A model generated the notes under the pieces. The model was not told where the DNA came from, made no database searches, and saw only the letters and a program-made list of their open reading frames with translations. A DNA stretch of 63,354 nucleotides, the filler included, from Reticulomyxa filosa (Eukaryota; Protista; Foraminifera): the NCBI GenBank assembly GCA_000512085.1. It is 13 parts of 13 records of this genome, joined end to end, with 100 filler letters (N's around TTAATTAATTAA, not from the genome) between each part and the next. Parts side by side here need not be neighbours in the genome. Positions count along the whole stretch, not along the records: positions 20,739 to 42,299 come from ASPP01012842.1; 12 more parts are not named here. One strand, 5' to 3'. Positions within the stretch are counted from its first letter, which is position 1, and every line of letters begins with the position of its first letter. The position numbers and the translations under genes were made by a program. Of the stretch, positions 21,531 through 36,269 are shown piece after piece.

Positions 21531-24280
21531 ATTTTCTGTTGCTTTTTTGGAGGAAAAAAAGCTCGTGCAGAACATGCATATACAAAATATGTACGTTATG
21601 TATGGAGGGTCTCGTATTCGTAACTTAATTGGTAGTTGCTAGGGCAAAAAAAATGACATTGTCTATTATGCTTTGCTCACAAGAGCACATTCTAATACTC
21701 AGCAATACAAATTTTGTCAATCATTTTTATTATTGGCTAGTAATAATTGTTCGATGCTAGTTTTATTCATTATTGAAAATTGATTTAAAAGAAATATAAG
21801 ATTCTCAATTTGATAAGCCCAATTCAAGTAATAATACAAAAAGCTATTCAGCTGGGGCATATCAGTAAAAAGAAAGTAATGCTTTATTAACCAAATTATT
21901 TATTCACAATAATTAGATTTTTTTTGTTTAAAATACTATTGTTTAATTTTATTACTAATTTAAATTTTTTTGTACTTTAAAGATATAAAATACAAAACTT
22001 AAATAAACGCTTTTGCATATAGTCAATTTGACTTTCTTTTAAAGTGCAAAAAATATTTAAAATATTTTTATTAGTAAATATAATTTTTTATTTTAACTGT
22101 TTCAAACAATATTATTCACAAATACAGTGATATCGGTTATGAATGCTATTGCGAATCGAAAATCTTGTGACGAAAAGGAGAAGCAAACGAAAGAGAATTG
22201 ATTGAAGCTGTTTATGTCACTACATCACATTTGATAGGTAAAACTCGCGACTAGACGCACAAAGCTTATACTATCATTAGCGCAACTGCTTCTTCTTGTT
22301 GCAGAACTCAAAGTCCAAAATCTAACTGTTCTTTTAATGTCGCTATGCTGCTTTTGCTCATTTATCGTTTCATTGTATTATTTTTTTTTTATATTATTAT
22401 CATTGTCATTAGAATTGTCTCTTATTCTAGAATTACTTCATCATCGATATTTACGTTGCTATTTGCACGCTAACTTGCGTTTAGATGATGTTATATAATG
22501 TACGTTCAAAAATATATTTATGTCAAATGTTAGATAATATCGATTGTGTAAATGCTTTTACTCTTGATTGATCAGCTACTTTATAATATAATAAATTCTT
22601 TTTACTTTTTTCATTTTTTATCTAAGTATCTTGTCAAAGCTAATTTTTCAATTAAGACAATTTGTCATATTTATAACAACAAAAAATAAACACAATAAAA
22701 CTATTACTAATGATATGTTGTGAAAAGCTTTGTGTATATATTATATTGACATGTAGGGAAAGTAAATACATTAAATCATTAAATACTAACGGAACGGTGG
22801 GACCACCAGTGGGTTAAAACCATCCTCTTAGCACTACTAGCTTTCATCTTGTTTTACTTGTTTCTTTACTTGCGTTGTAATTATTTTCTTTAATTAACTT
22901 TCTTTTACTGAAATTACTCTATTGGAACTAAGTTCCTTTCGTATTACATTTAATCTTATCACAAGTCCCACATACATATAGTCAATTTTATTAACAATAT
23001 AATATTAAAAAAAAAATTAACTTCGGCAATTGCATAAAATAAAGCTAATATTTCTATTTTTTTATTATTACATAAAATTTAATATTTATATGTTAATGAA
23101 TAATATGTATTAAACATATATAAAATTAATTTAATATTTTTGTAACTGTAATAAATATTTTTCAATTTGCATTTAATTATTTTTCTTAGTTTGCCAAATT
23201 TACTTATAATATTATATTTACTTTCTTTTTTATGACATTGTAACATCATTATTTCGATAAGCAATTCTAATAATTTAATTGCAATAATATCATACAATAT
23301 CAATTAATTTTCTTACTATCTTAATTTGCTCATTCGACTGAAAAATTAAAATATTTATATATTTATGTAGTATATATAAAACAACTTCTGCTATGTATTT
23401 ATATGTTGTAATTTTTTGCAATATTTCGACTTCTCTTTTGCACTTGTCTGTATTGTTATGTACAAATACTGCTTTTTCATATTCACAAACTCAATTATAA
23501 AAATAATTCGCCTTCGTGTTTTCGCAAAACCTTTTTAGTTCAATGACAAACAATTTTGCTTCAGTTGGTTGAATATGTACAAGAATGGAAAGCAACTCTA
23601 CTACAAGTAAATAAAAAATGTACAAAAGAAAAACAAAAAGTTAGTTTGTCGATTTTTTTTACTGTGGAAAAGAAAGGCATCCTTAATAACAAAGAGCTTT
23701 TTAACAGAAAAATGTATATTCGTGGAAATGTAAGATATGAAATATTAATTATTTATTTGAAGTTTTTTCAATCGCCAACATTCACCTTTTCTTTTATCTA
23801 CATACATGATTACCAGGATTGCGTAACGCAATGTAGGTGTTCAACAAAGAACTAAACAAGTACTTTTATGAAGATATACAAATTCATAGTCTGTATATTC
23901 TTACAAAAGAGAGCCCATGTTCAAAAATAATTTTGTTTTGTCTCGTTTACTTTTATTTTGATTTATTCCACAAATTTAAATTGCCAGGATCTACGATATT
24001 GGTAATAAAAAAAGGATAATTAGAGGAATATGTCATTCTAAAAAAAATGTACATGAAAAAAAGAAAAAGAAAAAGAAAAACAACAATCACAAAAGTTGAA
24101 TGATACCAAAAGGTAGAAAAAAAAAAAGAGAAAAAATGAAAACAAAGATCACCAAAAACAGTTTAAAATAAATGAAAGTAAACACCACATTGTTTAGCCC
24201 AAACGACGCGGACATAGAAATGATACATAAAGTTAAAAAGACAAACGAAATGAGAACATTGTATTAAAAAAAACGAAAAT

Positions 24281-26526
24281 CTATTTGTTATCCAACAATC
24301 GACAAAATTGACGCGCTCTCGCCTTTAATTTACTGGAATCAGTAATCAATAGATTTAATTCATCTTTCGGCAGTGACAACAACATTCCGGTGAGTTTAGC
24401 GACTCGAGAAGGAAACTCTGATTGTAATTCTCGATAAATGATATTACCAACTTCGCGTTGCTTTTCACTCCAGATACTTGAGCTATTACTGTTGTTACTA
24501 GAGACGCTGCTTGCAACACTTGCAGTAGATGACGTTTTCTTCATCGAAGTGGTAATGGATGGATCAGTCACAATTAGCTGTTGTTTTTTGTGTAAGCTTC
24601 CATCTTCAATTTTCTTTGTAAAAAAAAAAGATTTTACCTTAACAGAGTTAGCAACCGACGAGCTGCTCGAAGACTGATTGCCGACAGTGGTATTGCTGAC
24701 AACACTTGGTACTGAGCTTGTTCCACTAACTTGAACACTTGGCAAGGTTGGAATTTGATTGGGTGACCAAAGATATCTGCCATCAACGTGATTACTAACC
24801 TGGGTCGGCAAAAACGGACCGCTGTTTGGAGATGAAATCATTATTTGGGGCGTAAATGGCAAGCCATTTGAGGTTAACTGAGGTGTGACAATACCTGAAC
24901 AGGCCGACATTGGAGTGACACAATTTGTATTGCTACCCCACCAAAAAAAACAACAAACCGATGTTGAAGCTTTAAGTTATTCCTCTTCAACAACCAACAT
25001 GTTGAAAAGAAATCATTACTAAACTGTGGCACAGTCAAGTACGGACTGTAATTGCCAGCGGTAACAAATCCAGTATTGGGAATTAACAACGGCGCATAAC
25101 ATGAAGGCATCCCTCCGTTTGCAAATCCTGAGGCTTCGCACAAGACAACATTGGGCGAACCATTCACACCTTTACCATTGCTCTGTGACAATTTGGGCAA
25201 AAAGTTATGTCCTTGTTGAACATTGGCATTATCAAAACGAGGAACAGTCAGCGTCTGTTGATTGCCATACACGGGGGGAATCAAATTCACTCCGGTACCG
25301 CCATTCACTTGCGAGGTAAACCAGCACTGGGAATTGTTCATTCGAGTATAAGCACGCGATACATTTTCATTCACCGAACTATTTCTATGTTTGTAAAAAT
25401 TATATGTACATATATACGCACATATGTAATTATATTGTGAGATCAACGTTAATTCTTTTATCACTACGTATATTATGTATTATGTAATACACATAAACAA
25501 ATATGAATATATTACGTTTTTGGTCCTGTTGATGATTTGGAATTACTAGTTTCGGGCTGTTTGGTGCGACTACGTTTCGATGGAACCGAGCAGCGCACGT
25601 ATTCAAACAAATTACGTTTCCATTTAACGTTCTGAATTTTTTTTTAAAAATGTGAGATGGTCCACAAAAAAAAGGGGTACGTATAAATATTGAAAACTCG
25701 ACACTCTCAAACACTTTTTTTCCCATATTTTTTTTTAAAAAGAAAAAAGGGAAAAAAAAAAACTAAACACGAGTATCAGGATTGACCAATTTAACACACA
25801 ATCGGGAATTGTCGCCTCCACTGGTAACAATCGAATGATGCATTTCTTGGCACGCGCGAAGCGCATAATCGACACGGGCAAATGAAACCCATGCCACCTT
25901 TCCATTGTCCATTGGCTCACTCATTTTTTCGTCACACCAGCTGTTCGTGCCCTCTTCGTTATCTTGCGTCAACATATCACGCGTTTTGTTGAGGTCAATG
26001 TCCACAACCTCTCCAAAAGGCGAAAAATATTCCAGTAAAGAGTGTTCAGTAACGTCTCTGTACAATTGTGTTTTATGTTTTATTAATGTTTTTAGGGGGG
26101 GTTTTGCACATAATTCTTCGCAAACACGCAACAAAAAAACGTACAATGGCAGGTTGGACACTTTCAATGTCGTCAACGTTTCTTTGCGGCTCCATACAAC
26201 TTGAACCCGAATTACTGAGTCTGCGAAAACTATTTGATCTTTTTCTGTGTCAAAAAAATAGTTTGTTTTTTTTGTGTTTGTAAAAATAAATATAAATATG
26301 TGTATATTTATACTAGCAACAATGTTCATTCAAAGACAGCAGAACTTATTGCGGCCAATCGTGCCTTTCTGCCATTGACAAATTGAATAAACGCGGTCGA
26401 TTTTAACAACAATTGAACACGTTCGATTTGGATTCGTTTAATTGACCCAACATCACCAAACATATTTATTGCTTCTTCTTCGTCATAATAAAAAGGCAAG
26501 TTTATCACACGGATCCAGTTACTCAT
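24281..26526 (-). CDS. RNA-binding protein with two RRMs and a C-terminal MLLE/PABC domain (PABP-like)
   Basis: RRM1 IRVINLP...AFIQF. RRM2 LKVSNLP..YFSPFGEV...AWVSF. MLLE-like QREVGNIIY...VAKLTGMLLSL. Multi-exon. Confidence 0.8.
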
Positions 26527-27035
26527 ATTGTTTTGTTTAGTCTTCTCAAACTATTTCCAACAAAAAACACAGTGGTATAATTTAAAACGCCAGAAAAAAT
26601 ATTGTAACATGAAGATTGATAACTTGTTGAATAAGCAAAAAATTAAAGAGATAAAGCACCAGCGTTCAAAAAACCAAAAGTTTTTTGAAGTTACTCTCTG
26701 GTCCAAAAAGCAAGATATAAATAGTAATTTGAAGTCGTGGAATTCCAACAAGATTAAAGTGTTTAAATTCTGCTAAACAAATTGGTTTACTTGAAAATAA
26801 ATGAAAAATGGCAATATATCAAATGTAAAAATGAACAAGTGAGAAGGAGAAGATGGAAGAGGAAAAAAACGACAACAATTTTCGGAACACTTTTTTGGCA
26901 ACACAAACAAAACAATTACAACGTCAAAAGTGAAAGGAAATGAAAGGTGGCAAATAACAAAAAAAAAAGAGCAAATTTCTTTTATTTCTTTGGAGCCACT
27001 CAATATCATAGAGTGTATTTTCACATGATCTCGTA

Positions 27036-29293
27036 CTAACTGATAACAACAGTATGCAATTTGGGTTTTTTGATTTGCCCCTTTGCTTGGTCTTGCACTT
27101 CTTCGATCTTTTTGCGCAGCGTTTGAATTCTTTTCTCAATGTCTCTAATGTACGCCAGTTTGCTCAGTGCGTTGTTTTCTTCTTCGTTCACTTTCGTTCT
27201 TAGTTCATACACTATTTTTTTGGATTGTGAATTGCAAAAGGGGTAGACACAGCAACAACAATAACAACAACAATAAAATTAATGTATTAACATTTTTGAA
27301 CAGCGTAGTGAGTTTCATAAGATGCTAATTCGCCACGCAGCGTTGCTATTTCTTGCATTAACTATTTCATCTCATTTGAAACAAAGAAAAAGTTAAAACA
27401 TGTATTTTTTTTTTTTAAAAAAAGAGAAAGTCGAATGTATAAACAACGAAAAAAGAACTGTATGCATTCTCTTTCGGAATGTTTCCATCCTTTGTTTGTG
27501 TCTTTCTTCGGACTGCCACTGACTGCATTATATTTTGAAAGTGTCTGAATGTAACTCGAGTGACGCATATCCACACGTACAAAACGACAAAACAAAACTC
27601 AGTAGCACTACGCAAGAATTGTGCTCTTTTAATGTCTTGGTATTTAATTAGACTTTGTTGTTCGAACAGCAATCGTTTAATTTCAACATACTCTCGCATC
27701 ATTGTCTCCGCAGTTTCACGACAATTGTTGCGTGGAATTTTGAGAAACTTAAAAAAAAAAAAAAAGTCAATCACACGATAACAATCTCAAAGATTTATAT
27801 TCAATAGAAGCAATTGAGCCAAACAAAAGATAGCAAACCTCCAAATCACTTTGGACGTGATTAGCTTGAATCTGTAGTCTTGTGAAGCGATCTTCGTATT
27901 GCAATTCCAACTTCTTTAATGCTTCTTGTATCTGTTCCTTCTCTTTGATACGCGCATCCTGCCACAATCGAACTTTGGTCTCGCTGTAGAACGTGGAGAA
28001 ATGCTCTCCTTTTTCTGTGAACAACGTGTGTCGAATGTCTTGCGTTTGGTGAGACAAAATATCGATTCTGGCCTGTTTGATGCCTAAATTGACATTCATT
28101 TTCTCTTGCAACATGGTGGCCGAGGCATGCCTATCCAACAAACCGTAATCTCCCCACGTTTGCCATTGGCTCTGCTCTATCTTCTTATCTTCCTCCGATT
28201 GAATCTGCGCGTTACCCCCATTCTTATTCTGGCTATTGCCATTCACGCTTTCCAGCAATTTCTGTTCGTTGTAATGATGATGAAATTGGAACTTTGAGGG
28301 CACCGACTCGCTCAATTGAGCGAGCAAAGGGTTTATCAATTCATTTCTCAAATGGAGCAGCATTTCTTCTCTTTTCGTAAAATCAAATCGGGGTAGCCAC
28401 ACTATTCAAAAAAAAAAATATATATATATGTATATGTATATGTATATATATGGATTGTATATCAAATATAAAGTATATTATATAATAGATAACATTGAGG
28501 ATCAATTTGTGCCAAATGTTCGATGGCCATTTCAGCGGTGACATCAAACTTGTAATCAGGCAAAGGCGCTTGCTTAGGATTTTCGATGGCCACTCTTGGA
28601 ACAATTCCGGCAATGTGATCCCGAATATACACACGAATCATATTTCGAATGGCATATAACATCTTCCAATCCATAACCTCATTAACGCGTTTTTTGAACT
28701 CGTTCGACCATTTCGGTTCAAGCCATAACTCTTCCCATGATATTCGACCACTCATCACGTGAGCTGCTACTTCGCTTCCAAACAGCTTCGACACCACTGT
28801 AAAATTTGCTCCATATTTTGCTTTTCCCAACAAATGCAATAGTATGCGTATTTGATATTTGTGGTCTGCATGCAACAAATTTTCCAATAGCACATGCTTT
28901 TTTTGTTGGTTGTTCTTTTCCACCGCTCTGAAGCGATGACAGGTTGAATAGATGTCCTTGCAAGACATTGTTGCTATTGTCATCGCCGCCACCGCCACCG
29001 CCGCCGCCACCGCCGCCACCGCCATCTCCTCCACCATTCTCATCACCGCCATCCAGGCCCGCTTTTCGTTCTGGAGCCTCAACTGATATTTTCAAGTTCT
29101 TCGCGTTTTCCATGTCATTGCCATTTGCAGTCGGTGTTCCGCTTGGCATTTGCCCTGCTAGTCTGTCTTCGCTCTTCAGCTCTGTCTCCAGTTGCTTTAT
29201 GAATATCCCTGGAAGATTCACTTCTTCTCCTCGACGTAGCTTCTCTTTACTCTCATCCCAACGCTTCCTGCCTTCCACATATGAGGGCTTCAT
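27036..29293 (-). CDS. Hypothetical coiled-coil protein with poly-Gly tract, multi-exon
   Basis: Chain of minus-strand exons from ATG 29293 to TAG 27036, with E/K/Q-rich helical segments. Confidence 0.6.
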
Positions 29294-29673
29294 GTTTATT
29301 ATCTTTCTTATTAAAGAATTTTCAGATAAGAAGGGTTGCTTTTACGGTCGTTCATTATTGAAACTTTTCGTCACTATTTTGAGAACATCGAAATAAAATA
29401 TGATGTACTTGTAAACATTTTTTAAGATCATGTAGTTTTTGCGAACCGACGTTTTTTTTCAAAAGCTTAAAAACTTGAACCAAAGATAAAATGGTTAAAT
29501 TGTTTTAAACTTTCAAATGTCAAATTAAATAAAACCAACAACCCCCCTCTTTCGTTCCATACAAACAAAAATTGACCATTTGTGTGCAACACTACAAAAA
29601 CCAATTGCAACTTCAAGACCAATGCCAACAATAATAACAAAAAAAAAGATATTAAATGAAAAAAAAATCAGTC

Positions 29674-32600
29674 TCATTGAGCCGAAGACTGACTCATAAC
29701 ACTTTTCCTGGCAACACCAATATGGCAATCATTGACTTTTGCAGCAAAGCGCAAGGAGCACAACGACTCTGTATTGTTCGTCATTCATTTCCAAACCAAA
29801 ACATTACAACTATGTTTTCTTTGACAAAAGCCAAAAAAAAAAAGAAATTACCATCGATTTTATCACTTTCTGGACACAAGTTCACAAACATCAAAGTCTT
29901 GCTCTGCCCTCCAAAATAATTCATTAACAAGTGCGTCAATTTACTATTTCGATAAGGGATATGTTTATGGTTATTTGACAATGCACTGATAACATCGCCT
30001 AAACAACTCAAAGAGCTATTGATATTTTGGGTTTCGATCAATTGTTGTCCCTTTTTTGTTGTTGTTTCAACAAACACATGCGCACATACACTACGTTATA
30101 AGATAAAAAAATAAAAAATAAACTTGAGCATGTGATTTTTTAATCTTTCGCTTCCGGCCAGATCAATCAAGTTCAAGACTCCAAACGTTTGTTGTTGGGT
30201 GATTGGGTTGATACCAGTTAAAAACAATTGGAATACTGAGTGTGATCGTGACGAGCGATCGTTGCAATCGGTCTTGCCCGTGGTACGATTTTTGCTGGCA
30301 CGCAATAGCAATGGATACACGTCTTGAGCACATTGCACAGTGCATTGAGTCAAGTCCGCCACTTCCACTTCATTTTTGTTTTTTCCGTCTTTTTTCAATG
30401 CCAACTCCAAATATGCATCGTCTTTTGGTGCCAACAGGTCACGAATCTATTTATTTATTTTTTTTTTTGCATTTCAACTTTTTTTTTTTTTTTGAAACTT
30501 GAAAGAAATTTGGAAAGATGTACCTTTTCATTGTAAATTTCCAAAAAGGAAGCCAGAAATTGGTACTTCCATCCTTTGGAAACTAGGTTCTCTGCATGGG
30601 CAAAGATTTGCTCCACTGCTCGTGGAATCATGCCTCTGTTTTCATCTTTGCTATTCAACGACGGACCCTCCATTGTATACGTCTTTCCGGAGCCAGTTTG
30701 CCCATACGCAAAGATGCAGACTTTCGCAAAGACACACAATATGCAATAAAATAAAAAAAAAAGATCAACAGCGATGAAAATAAACACGTCAAAAAGACGA
30801 ATGGCGTTACAAACCTTTGAATCCATCCAAAGCAGATTGCACCAACTGAGAAATTTCCGAGAACACATCGTCTTGTCTGTCGCAGGGTTGGAATACGCGA
30901 TCAAAATTGAAAGCGTAGCGTTTGCTTTCGCCCTTTTGGCCAGTGTAATTCACGCTCGATTCGCCTATCAAGACAATAGGCTGTTGCTCCGTTGTTTGTT
31001 CCGGGAACTCAAACACCAGATTGTTGTCTTTCTCTTCGCCATTCAATATTGGCCGAATTCGGCAATACACGCGGATATTACCTTTTAACTCTTGAATCGT
31101 GTTGTGCAAATGCTTTCGCAATTCTTCGTCCTTATCACAAATATATATGTATATATACATATATATATATACATATATGCATATATATATGTACATATGC
31201 AAATGCTAACTCTTCTGGCTCGATTTTCGAGTGCTACAATGGTTTGTTCTAGTCTGACAATACGTTCCTCTCGAGCGACGAGCTGTTTCATTTGTTCGGT
31301 ACAGGTCATGTCGAGCTGTTCATATTGCATTTTCAAGGACATCATTTCGCCGCGCTTTTGCATCGCCTGCGTGTCGTTCAAGGAAATTACGTTTTGCAGG
31401 GTTCTGCGAGTGCCTTCAAACTCTGTCAGTTGCTTCATTTGGTTTTCAATGGTATTGTTCAACGATTGGTTTTCGAGTTGCAATGAGCCATTGATTTGTC
31501 TTTTTTTTTTTTTTTTTGTGTGTGTGTACATATACATACATGTGTAATTTGTCTTTTTTTTTTTTTTCCTTGCATCCTGTGTCAGCAATGTATTTCGAAA
31601 CTTGGCTTGTTGAAGCTCTTGTTTGCAAATGGTCAACGACTTTTCCATTTGCCCCAGAGAGTCGTGTTGATGGGTCATTTGTTTGGACTGAATGTTATAC
31701 TGTTCGCGAATAAGCACCAACTGTGAGTCCAGCATTTTCAGCTCCGACGCTTGCGATTGAATGGTCGAGTCTTTCAAGCAAAGGTTCATTTGCAACGTGG
31801 TCACTTGTTGTTGCAAGGTTTGCTTCGATTGGTCCAACGCACAGTATTGATTCTTCAAGCTGTCCATCTGCTTTTCCAGTCGCTCTTTTTCCATCTTGGC
31901 ATTTTCGACAGATCTTTCCATTGTTTCCAACTTTTGTTGAAACTCACGCAATTGCAACTGCCCATTCTTCACTTCTTGCAAATGTTCGTCTTCGCGCGCG
32001 TTTTTTTCATGTTCCAACTCAATATTGTGTTCTATTATATTAAATATATATACATATATGTATATGTATACATATATATATATATATATGTATGCATTAA
32101 TCCAACCTTGCAATTGTTCAACGAGAGCTTGTTTGTCTTTCAATTCAGCTTGTAATTGGACGAGTTGTTCTTTGAGTTGAGGCAACGTCAAGGGCTTGTT
32201 GGCACCGCCCAGGTTACCTCTTCTTGATGATGTGCTCGAGCCTCGACTGTTGCTTCGATCTCTGCTGGCATTGCTGTTTCTTGCTAATGCGTTTGTTGGA
32301 TTCATGCTGCTTTTGTGGATTAGACTTCGGCCTCGCATCAGCGCATTGCGTCTGTTATTCTCATTGTCACTGTCTTCCGTGTCCTGTCCATTGCCACTAC
32401 GCAGTGAAGACGAATACATTTTGTTGTTGTTGTTGCTACTGCTGCCGCTTACGTAGGTTGAGCCACGTAGGCCATGACTATTTATCCCAATGTCTTTGCT
32501 CCGACACTCGAACTGTTCTGACTCTTCGAGTTCATTCCATCAAATCCTTTTTTTTTTTTTTTTTTAAGTGTACTTTGTAAATTCCCTTCTTTCCTCCTCT

Positions 32601-33741
32601 TTTCTTCTTATATATCATGTACCTGCTGTACTTGTGCTGGGCACCCAATGCAATGTGTTTCGAGTGGGGCGTCGTGTTGCCGGCCTGTCAAATTACAATC
32701 ACACAAATCAGAAGTTTTAACTTTTTTTTTTTTTGCAAACTTGCTAAAAAAGGCGCACTTTTTTTAAAATGTGTTCCCCCCTCAAAAAAGTTAAAGTCCT
32801 GGCAATTTATTTTGTTTTTTTTCACAAAAAGCCCGTTCTTTTTCAATTATAAATTTCCCCACTACTTTTTATTTTTTTTTCTCCCTCTCCTCCCTACCGG
32901 AGAAAATCTGAAAAAATTAATTTTTTTTTTTGTAAAGTGTTGTTTGTCCGTTTGATCAAATAATGTGAATAGCCTTTTTTTCTTTCCCCTTTGGTGCTCC
33001 TTCCCCTGACAGGTATGACACAACATAGACAGAACATGGCAAAGCCGTCCCCATCGACATGGCTGAAATCATTGGAATGAATGGAATTGGAAAGCAGATT
33101 TTTGTTGTTTGTGTTGTGCAGTGCGCTCGATTTAATGGATTGGCGATGAAAAGAGTTAAAATCTACAATTTGATCGACTTGTGTCTTATCTTTCTTCATT
33201 TGCGCTAAATCATTCGTCGCTGTTCCTGTTGCCATTCCCATTGCTACTGTTGCTGTTCCTGTTGCTGTTGTTTTTGCTGCCATTGAAGTGCGACGCCAGT
33301 CACCGACATTCTCCTTGTCATCAAATATCCCGCATTGATTCATTTGTCTTCCTAGTCCTTGCTGGTTCGTTCTTGCTTCTTGCTCGGCCAGCTCCCTTTT
33401 TTTATGAAACAAAACAAAAGGTGGCGTGCCTCAAAATTTTGTGTATACATGTTTATTCATATAATCAGAGGACGATACAGCTCGTGTTCTTTTAATTGAC
33501 AAAAGTGTTATATGAACCTGCGATGAGCCTCCAACTCTTTGCTTGCTATCGTGTTAAGTGATGCTCTTGGATATTTCAGTCCGGAATCCAGTGTCATTCG
33601 CTTTTGTCCCAATTGTGACAATGAAGTCGATTGCTGTTATATTTTTTTTGTAGAAGTTGACGTACAGTAACGTTTCTCGTATAATATCACAAAAAAACAT
33701 TTAAATCTCAATTTGGTCAGAAAATACTAAACAGAATGCAT
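29674..33741 (-). CDS. Kinesin-14 (Kar3/Ncd/KIFC1-like, C-terminal motor)
   Basis: Long coiled coil, neck [24 protein letters not shown]-loop [38 protein letters not shown]. Exons upstream of ~32420 are less certain. Confidence 0.9.
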
Positions 33742-34560
33742 TGTTTCCTCTGTCTTGAAAAATGAAAAATCTTTTGCACAACAGATGACTGAACCCTTTG
33801 AGCTTGGTCAAAAAATTTGAGCTGTTATTTCCCCGAACTTTTCTCAGCACGGTTAAGAGTGTACTGTTCTTTGCTCAAAAATTTTTTGTGGAATTTGCAC
33901 TTAACCACTACATCATCCGTAATAATGTGAGGGAGAAATCAAAGACAAAGGAATAGCGCATCAAAATAAGTTCACAAATTTTATCAAAAAGAGTAGTTGT
34001 ACAAATAATTTATAAGTTAGGTTATTTTAAGTTTTCATTTATCAGTGCTTAGACTTTTTAAATGAATTAAAAATCTTTTATATGTGTTTTTATTGGAATT
34101 AGTTGTTTGAGTTTTGTCTATATTTTGCATTTTTACACTGTTTCTTTTTTTACAAAAATGAGACTACTTTATTGAGAAAAGTAGTTATTCAAGAAAAAAT
34201 AATGCAAAATTTTCCACAAACAAAAAGATTACAAGCTGTCCAACAAAACAAAAAAAGGACAAAAACGCAAAAAAAATTTAATTACAAGTATATTTTTTGA
34301 AAACATTTAAAAAACTGTAAATTTTAAGAATAAAAATAAAAGATTCACGATTTGTGGATATTTTCAAAAATATTTAGATGTATTTTTGTGAAGAAAATCG
34401 GTTATCTCTATAAATGGTATTTTGGTAACTTTTTTAATGCTATGTGAGGAATGAAGTTTACTCTGAATTATGATCTTCCACTCACAGAAATAAGAAAGAT
34501 ATCGCATTGAGTAATTGCAAATTTGTGGTTAGTGTAATTTTATATAAGATTCTTTTAGAA

Positions 34561-34637
34561 ATACAATAGAATGCAAAAGAAAGTTTATATCTAAAACGTA
34601 ATCTTATAGAGATAATCGATTTTCTTCACGAAGAAAC
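34561..34637. repeat. Dispersed repeat copy, inverted relative to 35777-35853
   Basis: 67 of 77 positions match the reverse complement of 35777-35853. A partial third copy lies near 34340-34415. Confidence 0.8.
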
Positions 34638-35776
34638 TTTTTTTCCGAGTTAAGTTTGCAAATCTTATCCAAAAGGACATAGCGCACAAAACATGTTAAT
34701 TGACACAACGATTTATAACAAATAGAAAATTTATTCATCATAGTAATATTTGTTTTTGAAATTATTTTAGTTCAACGTTTTTAATCTGTTTGAAATTGTG
34801 ACAATTTTATTGTTTATCTCCACAATAATCAAGTTGTAATTTTCTTGATCAGTAAGTTATCTGTTTGCATAGTGTACATATAATGACTTCTACTGTTTTA
34901 CTACAATATGAGCAACAAGTTGAATTTTGATGTTTGGTCATTTTAGATATTCTTGCACTTTGCTCACTTTCAGTTTCCTTTTTGCCACATTTTTTACTTT
35001 AGACTATATAATCATTTAATAATCTTCTTTCTTTTTATAATCATTGTCATAACTATAACATGATATATTTGTCTGCTATTACACTGGGTGTAATCTTGGT
35101 AAATGCAAATTAAAAGCTTATTGTTTATTATTGAAAAGTAGACATAATATATAATTAATTTTTGATTATGTTTTCCAATTACACTTCGTAAATCTCTGGA
35201 TTTAAATATATTTTGCATTGAGTCCAAATGAAAATACTATTGTCAAATCTTTTGAAAATTTTTGCTTGATTTATTTTTAAGCAATATTTATATCGTTTAT
35301 TATTGCTATTAGCGCTTAATGAAAGATAGATTATGCAAAAAAAATACGTAATTTTTAAATTACTAGCGAAAAATTGACAATTAATGGAAAAAAAACAAAA
35401 ATTAAAAATTAAATTTAAAAACTTTCATTTAAATTGTGACATTCATAACATAAAAATTACTTGCCGTCATTTGTTTTTGTTTTTTTTACTCTTTGATGAT
35501 TTTTGTTTTTGATGTATTTTTTCAATAAATTTTTGTATTCATTTCAATTGCAAAAACTTGCTATTTTTTAAAAAAATTAGTGTAAAATATTTATTGTGGA
35601 ACATTTTTTGAACTGCTTTAAAAGACTTGCAAATTTCATGGTTATAAAAATATATAAAATGTTTAAATTTTTGAAACAATTAGGAAAGATGGAATAAAAA
35701 ACTAAAATCAAATCATGTTTAAAAACTACACGATTCGTAGGTATTTTTTAATATAAAAAAAATAGGACTGGATGTT

Positions 35777-35853
35777 GTTTCTTCATGAAGAAAATTGATT
35801 ATCTCTATAAGATGACGTTTTAGTTGTCGGCCTTCTTTTGCATTCTACTGTAT
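35777..35853. repeat. Dispersed repeat copy, inverted relative to 34561-34637
   Basis: 67 of 77 positions match the reverse complement of 34561-34637. Confidence 0.8.
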
Positions 35854-36269
35854 ACGAATATCAAACTAATGTATGTCAGGCATTATGCGCAATATCGAAG
35901 AAGATGATTGATTTGAAATATGTGAATCAAAGTAATGTAGATATTGTGTACAATGAAATAGCATAGATAGTTGCTAAACATACCAGAAAGAATATTGAAA
36001 ATGATAAACAATATCTGAATATTAATACTCCATCGATTGCAATGGACAACATTGAATTAATGAATGTACAGAAGCAATATATTGTTATAGTTTAATCAAA
36101 ATTTATATTTTGATCCTAAGTGTTGTTGGATTTGTTGGTGAAATGTAATATCTGCTGTATACTAAACTGTCACGTGTTTACAAACAGCAGAGTGCTCAAG
36201 AGCACACTTAAAAAACTAGCCAGGGTCTGAAGTTAGTTAAATTGTTTCTAAGTACAAAAAGAAACAACA

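Noticed and set aside
22130-22818. Possible piggyBac end (GGGTTAA at ~22812-22818) with decayed ORF
   Set aside because: No matching second terminus or DDD motif found
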